Assembly: GCA_964187785.1 (NCBI GenBank)
Contig: OZ076409.1
Coordinates: 27,716,001-27,780,000 of the forward strand
Direction: 5' to 3'
Length of the DNA: 64,000 nucleotides
From: Amphiscolops sp. MND2022
Taxonomy: Eukaryota
Shown here piece by piece: positions 47,323 to 58,800 of this stretch; positions within the stretch are counted from its first letter, which is position 1, and each line of letters begins with the position of its first letter. The notes below the pieces were generated by a model, which ran no database searches, had not been told where the DNA came from, and saw only the letters and a program-made list of their open reading frames with translations. The translations under genes and the position numbers were made by a program.

Positions 47323-50300
47323 ATGAAAGCCAAAAAGAAAGCAATGTTCGAGGTGCAGCATCCTCGAATGACAAATGTATTCGATCAAAAAAGCACAAAG
47401 CAGAGCCAAGAACAGATGGAACTCAGATCAAGAGAATTGGAAAATGATTCCGATTGGTAAGTGTGGCGCTTTTATGTGGATGCTGTGGCCACCCAAGTGG
47501 GAAGACTACGGACTCTGATTAAAGACGGATGGGCTTGGATGACAAGCTTGACGAGCAAGGCGCTAGTCTTTGCAAAGTAAATTGAATGATTGGGTATTCG
47601 AATATCGCGAAAACAAACAAGCATTGTTGCATAACGTAGATCTTATGTTAAACCTCACAAATGAAGAAAAGCAAAGACAGCTCAGTCGAAGTGTGACTGA
47701 ATGGGAAGAAATCTTTGCTGAGTTAGAATCCAGCTGGAATATTGGTTCCCTGATGTAAAGACAATGTTGAAAGGTCCAAAAGATGAGACAGACAAAACGA
47801 AACTTCGCCAAGAGGCAAGTGGAACCTCCACAAATGCGACTATGAGATGCCCTTGCACAAGGAAGCTCAAGCAAAGTAGCTTCAACTCGACAAAACGCAA
47901 TTGCTCATCGGAAGTAGCTAGTAAAATGAAATCACTGGCACAATCAAGCAGGGTAACTGAAGAGGAACGACGCGTTGTTGGAGCATCCAACCCCTCTGAT
48001 GTGATTAAATCAATCAGTCATGTGAAAGTGTTACCCGAACAAAGCAACAAAGGGTCAGTCAAAGCAACCTCAAGGAGCAACCGAACAACAGCTAGTTCTA
48101 AGTCATCAAATGCAAAACGAATACTTCTTCTAGAACTGGAAGCAATGAAGAAACCAGATGAAATTGATGAACAGCTAGCTGCCGCAAGACGCAAAGCCGA
48201 AATGCGAAGGAAGCAAGATGAAATTGATACCCTCACAGAAAAACTCGAAATTGCTAGGCTCGAAGAAGAAAGCGCGAGGACTAAACAAGTTGCCAACCAA
48301 GAAATAGAATTAGCGCGAAATGGAATTCGGTTAAGACCGACACAATCACATAAAGAGACAAAGCAGTTGCAACCATGCAAAGGTCCGCAGGAATGTTATC
48401 GGACCTTCAAGGCAATCTCGAACTCAACAAAACCTCTTACAGGAACGGAACTGCGTGAGCAAAGCGCTCACTCTCAGAAAGACAAACACGGAGTGACGAA
48501 CAAGGAGTCACACCTGAGAAACAACAAGGAACCCTGTTTTGGGCAAATTGATTCAAAGAGCATTGTTGGATCACATTGGCGCTCCAACCATAAATGCGTT
48601 GAAAGCAGTTCAATGATGAGAACTGTGAAGCAAACTCAAACAAAGCAAACTTCGAGCAAACAAAGTTCAAGTGATCACAATGAATCGCTGAAAAGAAAAG
48701 ACGAACTATCGAGCAGGCAAGAAGAAATGGTTTTGCTCAAAACTCTTGACTGGACAACAAAAGGAAAGTGTACAATGAAAAAATGGAAACCTGAGCAGAT
48801 GAAGTGTTCAGACAAGTGTCCAAACCATGGAAAGTTGCAAGACAAAACTATCAAACGTGAAGCACATGAAGACTCAAATATGACAAATGTTGAAAGCAAT
48901 GCAAATAAAGGAACCTCGAAAAATCTAATCGCACAACGGATGTGGAACTGGCCAGAAACCTTTGTTGTAGACGATGGCTGGCAAGACTTCCGTTTCAAAA
49001 CTCTCCTCGTGGATACCACACAAGTTTTGGAAGAAGAAATTCACTTGGTCATGAGCAAGCACTTGATAGTGCAAACAGAAGAGACCTTGGATTACACAAT
49101 GACAGAAACAAGGAAAGAGCATCGAAGCTTAGCCTTCGCATCGAACAATGAAACTTCGGAAGAATTGAGTGTGCATTTGGAACTGCTGCAAGAGATGGCA
49201 GAAGTGTCCACAGTACTACAGAAAGTACAACAGGGGAAACTATTCCAAGTGACAGTAGTTTATGACAGTAATCTACTCCTTGAAGAAGGAAACAAATGTC
49301 TTGAATTGGACCAAAGTTATGGTTTTGTGAAAGAGCAGCAATGTGCACTGCAGGAATATTTGAATGAAATAGCCATGTATCAAAAGCTATGCCACGTTAC
49401 AGTGACGCGCGACAAACCCGTGGAAGGCAATGCCAGAGATGATAAACAAACCATGAATGCAACCTTAGAAAGGAAATCTGACTTTGACTTCGAAATAAAC
49501 CTTGTTGAAGAAACTATCCCGATTCATAAAAAAGCATGGAACACTTGGATTGGTAATGGAAACTCTGGAATGGATGCAGTGTCACAGGCTAATGGCACTG
49601 ATAAAACTCAATTGAGCAAAGGCCACCGCAAGCGACCGAAGAAAAGATCTTGGAAAAATGAACCTCGCTCAAACATGATTCATGGAATGGCGGAAGGAGC
49701 TCAGTTGAACGTGAATGGAACACCGCAAGATGAGCCGCTTTGGCTACATGATTTGAGAGACAACCTATCAGTGACCAGAATGCAAACATGTTCTTTGAAA
49801 GTCCCAACAGCAACAAGTTGGAGCAACGGGTCTTGCAATGGGCCGGCTGCACCGTTCAAGACAATGTGGACTCAGTATGGGTCTTTTGGTAAATTGGAAG
49901 TTTCTCATGATCTATGGGAGCCTGTAAGAAACCCAGATGAAAAGAAATTGGAGTTTTGCGGTGATAGAAGCTCCGAGACTTGTTACAAACCGAAACGAAA
50001 GCGAAACTCAATAGCATTGCAGTTACTAGGAGAAAACTGGGATGTAGCTAAGAAAAACGACCTGCCAGAAAAGAAAAAGCAAAATGCAGCGCAGCGACTG
50101 AGTTCACAATTCAAATCCCCTCCTATTGGAGGCAAAGAGGGCATTGAACACAAAGGAAAAAACTCCAGTCGCAGTAATGTTGGAAATTCTCTTTATTCAT
50201 TGGTGATGATCATTGATGATTCAATAATCGCTCCCGAACGCCAAATTGAAAGCTTGAGTATGGAACAATTAGAGAACGAACTCAGTTTGACATACCTTCC

Positions 50301-50859
50301 CCGCGGTTAGTCAACTTTGATGTGGAAATATGTAGCAGAGCAAATCTTGGGAAACTGTCTGGAGACATTTTCGACTTATCTGGAAATCTATTCATTGGAT
50401 GTTGAAGTAATTATGAAAGTCGAGTTAAATGAACTGAAGCAATTTTGTATCATACCTGTTAAAGGTTCAAGAGAATTGATTGAACTCAGTGAATGTCACA
50501 CGTTGACGATGATCTATGTGATAAATGAGAAAATTGCGACTTCAAATGAGAAAACAGTTCTTTGGAAATATTTTGTTGTGTTCTATGAACATGTGGAAAA
50601 CAACCTTATGGTCGGCGAAGTGGATTATGGGCTAGAAAACCCTTGCAGCAGAGAAAGAACACATCAAGCAACTGACAAAGATGACTATGAAACTAGAGAT
50701 CTCAGAAAGACAACGACAATTGATGACATACGGAAACGACCAGTAGTGAGACTGGCACCCATGTTCTATGAAAGTGTTTTTCGGGAGAAAAACAGGGCCG
50801 GCAATGTTGGCGCCAGTCAATTGCGAGATCAGAAACTCAAATTCGAACGCGACTCATGA
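47323..50859 (+). pseudogene. Disrupted ORF of unit 1 (848-aa open stretch 47764-50310, then 50317-50859)
   Basis: Parallels 52600-56128 but has TAA at 47458-47460, small indels upstream of 47764 and an in-frame TAG at 50308-50310. Confidence 0.7.
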
Positions 50860-51686
50860 AACTTACAACTCAAAAGACTTAGAAAACTTTGTCAAGATTT
50901 GAGTTGGAAAATTACAAGTTTCACCAAAAATAAGGCATTGCAAAATGTGCCACCCCCCCGTCCCGGTGAACCACTTCATCAATCACCTTGAAACTTGGCA
51001 CACATATAGTAGTGGTGCTACCCTAACTTTCCCTCGAAACACCCTACCCCGTATCTCCCCTGGGTTCCGAGCCATTAACACCCAAAGTGACCTAGGTCAG
51101 ACCCCAAGAATTACCCAAATTTGATGTATAAATTATTATGTGATTTTCTCATACGACCTTGAAGAAAATGTAACTCTGTTGAAATTAATGATAGTTACAT
51201 TGTGTAAACATGCTTTAGAGCCCACCTAACCAACATGCTATACCCACACTATGGTTTGTTTACATAGCCAATAACTTTAATAATTCACTTAAATGTCATT
51301 AATTTATACTTCATATTTCAACTCATATTCATCGAATAATTGTAAACGATATGTATACCATAACTAGATAGGCACAAATTGATTGGAAAGCTGTATTCAA
51401 GTTGGGTCTTAGGATCATTTCAATTCTCAATTCATTTCTTCACCTCTTTTCGACTTTTCGCCAAAGACTTAGGGCGACTAAGTTAGTTACTCTCAACTTG
51501 TGGAGAGTTGGACGTGTTAAGAGACAAGGAAGAAGTGCAATTCGGGATCATTGGATCCTACTAAGTCAAGATACAGTCCTTTTAATCTAAGAAGCAAGCA
51601 GTGTTCGGTAACGATCCGCAGTGCCGAGCACCGAAATCAGGGCGGCGTATAGTTTGGTCAATTGAAGGGATCAAGCAGCCGTTACA
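50805..51686 (+). repeat. LTR 2 (882 bp), shared central LTR
   Basis: TGTTGGCGCC...CCGTTACA, preceded by the PPT and followed by the PBS. Confidence 0.92.
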
Positions 51687-52599
51687 TTTGGTCCGCCGAC
51701 CCGGACAACATCATTTGGCCGGACATCTTCAGTTTGAGGCGGACATCATCACATTGGGCGGACATCAACAGTTGGAGTGGACGTCATTCTGGGTGGACAC
51801 TACAAGAGGAACGTCGTCTTCATCGTGTGTGGATAGCATTCGTGGTGGAAGACACGTGAGCAGTAGAGTCATCAAACGGGTGACACAACATCTATCTGTT
51901 CAAGTGACACGAAGCTTGGAGAGAGCTTCCGTGCTGGTTTCTGTGGCAAACCAGAGAGCTGGGAGGACAAGCCTATTTGTAGGGACCTTCCAAACCTAGA
52001 AGTGGCAGCAGGTGATCCTGTTCGCACAGCAATCGAAAGGTATTGCAAGAGTCGTCGCATTCGAACGGAATCGCGACAAGTTGCTTAGACAACTATTCAC
52101 GACGAACGAGAACTGTGGAGACTGGGTCTACAGTTGGTGATTGGAACTCTGGGAAAGTGTACACTGGGGCTTTGGTAGTGGACTATTGGGCAATTTGGAA
52201 CTGGATTGGTTGTGTATTCTGGGAGTTGGGCTTTAGCAGCACTCTGGAGGCAATTTTGCTTCAATTCCAGTTTGGGACGAATTGTATCCTTGGGAAACGT
52301 ATTCCTAATTGAAAGCAAAGGTTTGAACTAAGACGTCGCTGCAAGTATATCCACCAAGTAAAGCAAAAGGATCTAGTCATTGGGCGAGGTCCACCGAAAC
52401 AATCAAATCCGTCAAAGAAGGCAAGCATAATCGACATTTTGGGTTGATTCTTCAAGAATTGGCGATTGATTACTGGGTAGAGCAGTTGACACTTCAGATC
52501 TATCAAATTGCTGAGTTTGGGAAATAGTGACAAAGACGCCAAGAAACTAGTGTGTAGTCAGAAAGCCCTCAGTTAAACAATAAACTGCAATCTGAACAA

Positions 52600-55452
52600 A
52601 TGAAAGCCAGAAAGAAAGAAATGTTCGAGGTGCAGCATCCTCGAATGACAAATGTATTCGATCAAAAAAGCACAAAGCAGAGCCAAGAACTGATGAAACT
52701 CAGATCAAGAGAATTGGAAAATGATTCCGATTGGTATGTGTGGCGCTTTTATGTGGATGCTGTGGCCACCCAAGTGGGAAGACTACGGACTCTGATTAAA
52801 GACATGGATGACAAGCTTGACGAGCAAGGCGCTAGTCTTTGCAAAGGTAAATTGAATGATTGGGTATTCGAATATCGCGAAAACAAACAAGCATTGTTGC
52901 ATAACGTAGATCTTATGTTAAACCTCACAAATGAAGAAAAGCAAAGACAGCTCAGTCGAAGTGTGACTGAATGGGAAGAAATCTTTGCTGAGTTAGAATC
53001 CAGCTGGGGATATTGGTTCCCTGATGTAAAGACAATGTTGAAAGGTCCAAAAGATGAGACAAACAAAACGACGCTTCGCCAAATGACAGGTGGAGTCTCG
53101 ACAAACGCGGCAATGAGATGCACTCAAACAAGGAAGCTCAAGCAAAGTAGCTTCAACCCGACAAAACGCAATTGCTCATTGGAAGTAGCTAGTGAAATTA
53201 AATCACTGGCACAATCAAGCAGGGTAACTGAAGAGGAACGACGCGTTGTTGGAGCATCCAACCCCTCTGATGTGATTAAATCAATCAGGGATGTGAAAGT
53301 GTTACCCGAACAAAGCAACAAAGGGTCAGTCAAAGCAAGCTCAAAGAGCAACAGAACAACAGCTAGTTCTAAGTCATCAAATGCAAAACGAATACTTCTT
53401 CTAGAATTGGAAGCAATGAAGAAACAAGATGAAATTGATGAGCGGCTAGCTGCAGCAAGACGCAAAGCCGAGATCCGAAAGAAACAAGGGGAGATAGACA
53501 TGAGGATACTCGCAGAAGAATTAGAAATTGCTAAACTCGAAGAAGAAACCGCTAGAGCCAAGCAAATCCTAAAAAACGACATGGAATTAACGCGAAATGG
53601 AGTTAAGTTAAAACTGACACAACCACAGAAAGTGACAAAGCAATTGCAACCAAGTAAAGGCCCACAGAAATGTTATCGGACCATCAAGGCATCCTCGACC
53701 TCAATGAAGCCTCCTACAGGAGCTGAACGGCGTGAGCAAAACCCTCACTCTCAGAACAACATGAATGAAGTGACGAACAAAGAGTCACACCAGAGAAGCA
53801 ACAAAGAACCCTGTTTTGGGCGAACTGATTCAAAGAGTATTGTTGGATCGCATTGGCGCTCGAACCATAAAAGCGTTGAAAGTAGTTCAATGATGAGAAC
53901 TGTAAAGCAAACTCAACTACGGCAAACTTCGAGCAAAGAAAGTTCAAGTGGTCGTAATGAATCGCTGAAAAGAAAAGACGACATTTTGGGCAAGCAAGAA
54001 GAAATGGTTTTGCTCAAAACTCTTGACTGGACAACAAAAGAAAAGGGTACAGTGAAAAAATGGAAACGTGAGCAGATGAAGTGTTCAGACAAGTGTCCAA
54101 ACCATGGAAAGTTGCAAGACAAAACTATCAAACGTGAAGCACATGAAGACTCAAATATGACAAATGTTGAAAGCAATGCAAATAAAGGAACCTCGAAAAA
54201 GCTAATCGCACAACGGATGTGGAACTGGCCAGAAACCTTTGTTGTAGACGATCGCTGGCAGGACTTCCGTTTCAAAACTCTCCTCGTGGATACCACACAA
54301 ATTTTGGAAGAAGAATGTCACTTGGTCATGAGCAAGCACTTGATAGTGCAAACAGAAGAGACCTTGGATTACACAATGACAAGAACAATGCAAGAGCATC
54401 GAAGCTTAGACTTCGCATCGAACAATGAAACTTCGGAAGAAATGAGTGTGCAATTGGAACTGCTGCAAGAGATGGCAGAAGTTTCCACCGTACCACAGGA
54501 CGTACAACAAGGGAAACTATTCCAAGTGACAATGTTTTATGACAGTAATCTACTCCTTGAAGAAGGAAACAAATGTCTTGAATTGGACCAAAGTTATGAC
54601 CTTGTGAATGAGCAACGATATACACTGCCAGAAGACTTGAATGAAATAGTCATGTATCAAAAGCTATGCCACGTCGCAATGAAACATGATAGACCCGCGA
54701 AAGGCAATGCTAAAATTGAAACACAAATCGTGAATGCAACCTTTGGAAAGAAGACGGATTTCGACTTCAATGAAAGTCTTTTAGAAGAAACTATCCCGAG
54801 TCATAGTAATATATGGAACCCTTGGACTGGTAATGGAAACTCAGGAATGGACGCAGTGGCACAAGCTAACGTCATTGATGAAACTCAATTGAGCAACGGC
54901 CACCGCAAGCAACTGAAGAGAAGAATTTGGAAGATTGAACATAACTGGAACCTGATTCATGGAACGGAGGAAAAATCTCAGTTGAATGGGAATGGAACAC
55001 GAGATGACACATTTTGGCTACATGATTTGAGAGACAACCTATCAGTGACGAGAATGCAAATTCGTTCTTTGAAAGTCCCAACAGCAACAAGTTGGAGCAA
55101 CGGGTCTTGCAATGGGCCGGCTGCACCTTTCAAGACAATGTGGACTCAGCATTGGTCGTTTGGTAAATTTGAAGTTTCTGACAATCTATTGGGGTCTGTG
55201 AGAAACCCAGATGAAAAGAAACTGGAATTTTGTGGTGAGAGAAGCTCGGTGACGCTCTACAAACAGGAGCGAAAGCCAAACTCCACAGCATTGCAGTTAC
55301 TACGAGAAAACTGGGATGTAGCTACGAAAAACGACCTGCCAGAAAAGAAAAAGCAAAATGCAGCGCTGCGACTGAGTTCACAACACAAATCCCTTCCTAT
55401 TGGATGCAAAGAGAGCATTAAACACAAAAGAAAAAAACTCCAGTCGCTATAA
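52600..55452 (+). CDS. 950-aa ORF of unit 2; coiled-coil Gag-like N-terminal part, no recognisable RT or integrase catalytic motifs
   Basis: Long open frame with LELEAMKKQDEIDERLAAARRKAE coiled coil. The C-terminal remnant (KPVVELAPLF) is frameshifted into 55766-56128. Confidence 0.6.
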   Translation: MKARKKEMFEVQHPRMTNVFDQKSTKQSQELMKLRSRELENDSDWYVWRFYVDAVATQVGRLRTLIKDMDDKLDEQGASLCKGKLNDWVFEYRENKQALLHNVDLMLNLTNEEKQRQLSRSVTEWEEIFAELESSWGYWFPDVKTMLKGPKDETNKTTLRQMTGGVSTNAAMRCTQTRKLKQSSFNPTKRNCSLEVASEIKSLAQSSRVTEEERRVVGASNPSDVIKSIRDVKVLPEQSNKGSVKASSKSNRTTASSKSSNAKRILLLELEAMKKQDEIDERLAAARRKAEIRKKQGEIDMRILAEELEIAKLEEETARAKQILKNDMELTRNGVKLKLTQPQKVTKQLQPSKGPQKCYRTIKASSTSMKPPTGAERREQNPHSQNNMNEVTNKESHQRSNKEPCFGRTDSKSIVGSHWRSNHKSVESSSMMRTVKQTQLRQTSSKESSSGRNESLKRKDDILGKQEEMVLLKTLDWTTKEKGTVKKWKREQMKCSDKCPNHGKLQDKTIKREAHEDSNMTNVESNANKGTSKKLIAQRMWNWPETFVVDDRWQDFRFKTLLVDTTQILEEECHLVMSKHLIVQTEETLDYTMTRTMQEHRSLDFASNNETSEEMSVQLELLQEMAEVSTVPQDVQQGKLFQVTMFYDSNLLLEEGNKCLELDQSYDLVNEQRYTLPEDLNEIVMYQKLCHVAMKHDRPAKGNAKIETQIVNATFGKKTDFDFNESLLEETIPSHSNIWNPWTGNGNSGMDAVAQANVIDETQLSNGHRKQLKRRIWKIEHNWNLIHGTEEKSQLNGNGTRDDTFWLHDLRDNLSVTRMQIRSLKVPTATSWSNGSCNGPAAPFKTMWTQHWSFGKFEVSDNLLGSVRNPDEKKLEFCGERSSVTLYKQERKPNSTALQLLRENWDVATKNDLPEKKKQNAALRLSSQHKSLPIGCKESIKHKRKKLQSL

Positions 55453-56076
55453 TGTTGGAAATTCTCTTTATCTATTGGTGATGTTGATGAATGATTCAAC
55501 AATCTCTCACGAACGCCAAATTGATTGCTTGAGTATGAAACGATTAGAGAACCAATTCTGTTTGATATACCTCCCCCGCAGTCATTCAACTTTGATGAGG
55601 AATAATGCAGCAGAGCAAATCTTGGGAAACTGTCTGGGGACATTTTCGACTTATCTGGAAATCTATTCTTTGGATGTTGAAGTAATTATAGTTAATTGAA
55701 CTGAAGCAAATTTGTATCATACCTGTTAAAGGTTCAACAGAGAAGGAATTGGTTGAACTCAATGAATGTCGGCGTTGACGATCAAGTTTGGGATAATTGG
55801 GAAAACTATCACTTCAAATGAGAGAACAGTTTTTGGAAACACTTGGTTGTGTTATGTCCACTTGTCGGAAACAACTGTATGGTCAGCGAACTGGAATATG
55901 GGCTCGAGAAGCATTGCAGTAAAGAAAGAACACAGCAAACAACTGGCAAATATGACAATAAAACTAGAATTTCTCAGAAAGACAACGATGACTGATGACA
56001 AACTCAAAAAACCAGTAGTGGAACTGGCACCCCTGTTCTCTGAAAGTGTTTTTCGGGAGAAAAACAGGGCCGGCAA

Positions 56077-56923
56077 TGTTGGCGCCAGTCAATTGCGAGA
56101 TCAGAAGCTCAAATTCAAACGTGACTGATGAAACTTACAACTCAAAAAACTTAGAAAATTTATCATGATTTTAGTTGCAAAATGTGCCACCCCCCCGTCC
56201 CGGTGAACCACTTCATCAATCACCTTGAAACTTGGCACACATATAGTAGTGGTGCTACCCTAACTTTCCCTCAAAACACCCTACCCCGTATCTCCCCTTG
56301 GTTCAGAGCAATTAACACCCAAAGTGACCTAGGTCGGACCCCATGAAAACCCAATTTTTGATGTATTAATAATTATGTGATTTTCTCATTTGACCTTGAA
56401 GGAAATGTAACTCTGTTGAAATTTATAATATTTACATTGTGTAAACATGCTTTAGAGCCCACCTAACCAACATGCTATATCCACACTATGATTTGTTTAC
56501 ATAGCCAATAACTTTAATAATTCACCTAAATGTCATTTATTTATACTTCACATTTTGATTTATATTTATCGAAGAATTGTAAACGATATGTATACCATAA
56601 CTAGTTAGGCACAAACTGATTGGAAAGCTGTATTCAAGTTGGGTCTTAGGACCATTTCAATTCTCAATTCATTTCTTCACCTCTTTTCGACTTTTCGCCA
56701 AAGACTTAGGGCGACTAAGTTAGTTACTCTCAACTTGTGGAGAGTTAGACGTGTTAAGAGACAAGGAAGAAGTGCAATTCGGGATCATTGGATCCTACTA
56801 AGTCAAGATACAGTCCTTTTAATCTAAGAAGCAAGCAGTGTTCGGTAACGATCCGCAGTGCCGAGCACCGAATTCAGGGCGGCGTAAAGTTTGGTCAATT
56901 GAAGGGATCAAGCAGCCGTTACA
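56077..56923 (+). repeat. LTR 3 (847 bp), more divergent
   Basis: Lacks ~35 bp present near the 5' end of LTR1/2 and has multiple substitutions. Confidence 0.92.
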
Positions 56924-58081
56924 GATCCACTATAATATTCCTTTTCATAACCAAAAGTTTTCATTGTACGCTCACTGGTCATGTATTTATACTTCGTAAT
57001 TGACCTATACTGACCGATTAACTTTAACCGAGATGTATATTACATCTAGTTAGGCACAAGACTATTGGAAAGATGTATTTACGTTCGCTCTCATGGTCAC
57101 AATTTCTGATTTCACTTTTTACCTCTTTTTAACTTTTCGCAAACTACTTGGCGATACAAGTAATTGCCTGTGGGGAGTTACACGTGTTAAGAAACAGAGT
57201 GCGATTCAAGTACATTGGATCCGACTACGTCAAGATTGACCAGTGAATCTAGACAGCAATTGTTCAACTTAAGCAAGTGTTCATAAACGGTCCACCGTAC
57301 GGCGCACCGAATTCAGATCAGAGTAAAACTTGGTCATTTTGTTTCGCCTACCCGGACACCAGCAATTGGGCGGATATCAACTACTTGGGAGAACAATATC
57401 ATAGGGGAGGACAACTGGGTGATCACCTGTTTACTAGACAAAAAGAAAGCACTGCACAGAGGTGTGAAAGCGTACAGTGAAAGACAGCGGTTCAAAGCAC
57501 TGCTGGTGTTCAAGTTTTTAAGCTTATGTGTGCTACAAATGGGTCTCATCTGGGCTCGCTTATGTAATTAGTGTAATGTGGGGGTTGGGCTACTGCTGCA
57601 GTCCTTCGGAAATTTTGCTAGATTTTGACTTATGGGTACATAGTGGGCTCTGGGCTTGCACTACGTCAACATCTTAGAAGTTGTATTCAGAAAAGAAAAT
57701 CTGGGTTTTCTTAGTTAGCTAGTGCATTCCGGGTTATTGGACTACTTCAAAATGACTGAAAAGGACCACACATTATAGAAGAACTGGCAATCATTTGAAG
57801 AGGAGAGAAGGGAAGAGAAGAGAGAAGAGAAGTTAATTTCCGCATTACCGCGGGGTTGAAGTTCTGCTTTTCCAAGTCGGCGCCCTTTCGGATACTATCT
57901 CCCCATTGCAAGCTATGGTACCATATTTGTAACCTAGTGGTCAAGCTATGGTGGGCTTGAAGCGGTTATTTCAAAGTGACTGCTCCCCGTTGCTTTTTTT
58001 GTTTTGCTTTTCCCGGCAAATGCAGTAATTGTTGTCATTAACCATACCACTAAGCTAGGGATGAAGGACTTGCATAAGGAC

Positions 58082-58603
58082 ACCCTCCATAGAATTCGCC
58101 TAAGACTATATGCGCCCAATCAACGAGTACCTGACGTAACAGTCAAAGTGGAAGATCAGCTTCCAGATCCTGAGGTTAAAACAACCCATGATGATTGGTA
58201 CGCGCAAGCTTGGGAAACCGAATTCGGAGAAGTTCTGTTCGGGAACTCCACGGAAAAAGAAAACAACGAAGCTACCATTATGGAAGTGCCAACTGAAGAC
58301 GGAGATACAACAGAGCGAGAACCAGTTATAACAACTGCGGACGAAAACTCAACGGCAGAAAAAATTTACTCTAGAAACAATACGTCATTCAATTTGGACG
58401 TCAGCGATAATCCTTACATAACAACCCCACCGCCTATGGAAAGCCCCCCAACACCGCCTACAATACCACCTATAGTTGTTGGATACAATCCGAGAAAAAC
58501 GGGAAGATACAACTTACGGCCTAACCCTAAACCTAACGCGCATCCTGATTTCCGGATGCTCGACGCAATCGTCACCGAAGAAAGCTCTCAAGCCTCAAAC
58601 TAG
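58082..58603 (+). pseudogene. C-terminal tail of Pol (post-integrase)
   Basis: LHRIRLRLYAPNQ..DDWYAQAWETEFGE..GRYNLRPNPKPNAHPDFR matches LHRIRLKKFVPNQ..DDLYVITWETNFGE..GKYNLRPNPTPNYSEDFR. Confidence 0.9.
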
Positions 58604-58800
58604 ATAAAAACAATCAATCAACCAAACCGAACCGTAGTGGCGACGTTAATTTTTCAGACTTATAACTCAACCACAAAAGCAATGCAACAACTAATGTACA
58701 CTACGGAAATACATAAATAGCATCCTCAAACGGAATACAACATACTAGATGCATCAAAATATACAATTCATCAAAGAACAAGATCATCATCAGCCAGGTA

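Larger units (their letters stand above)
45532..56923 (+). mobile_element. Three-LTR tandem of two non-autonomous BEL/Pao-like units
   Basis: TGT...ACA LTRs at 45532-46409, 50805-51686, 56077-56923; TSD GATCC (45527-45531, 56924-56928); PBS-like TGGTCCGCCGACCCGGA; PPT-like GGGAGAAAAACAGGG; RPVVRLAP terminus typical of BEL/Pao integrase. Confidence 0.9.
45150..57750 (+). mobile_element. Older, diverged related LTR element split by the 45532-56923 insertion (its own sequence is ~45150-45531 and 56929-~57750)
   Basis: Flanks resemble the inserted LTR: TTACAATGTGTAAACAT, CTAGTTAGGCACAA..ATTGGAAAG, CACGTGTTAAGA, CATTGGATCC, GCACCGAATTCAG, and a PBS-like TTTGTTTCGCCTACCCGGACA. Confidence 0.7.
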
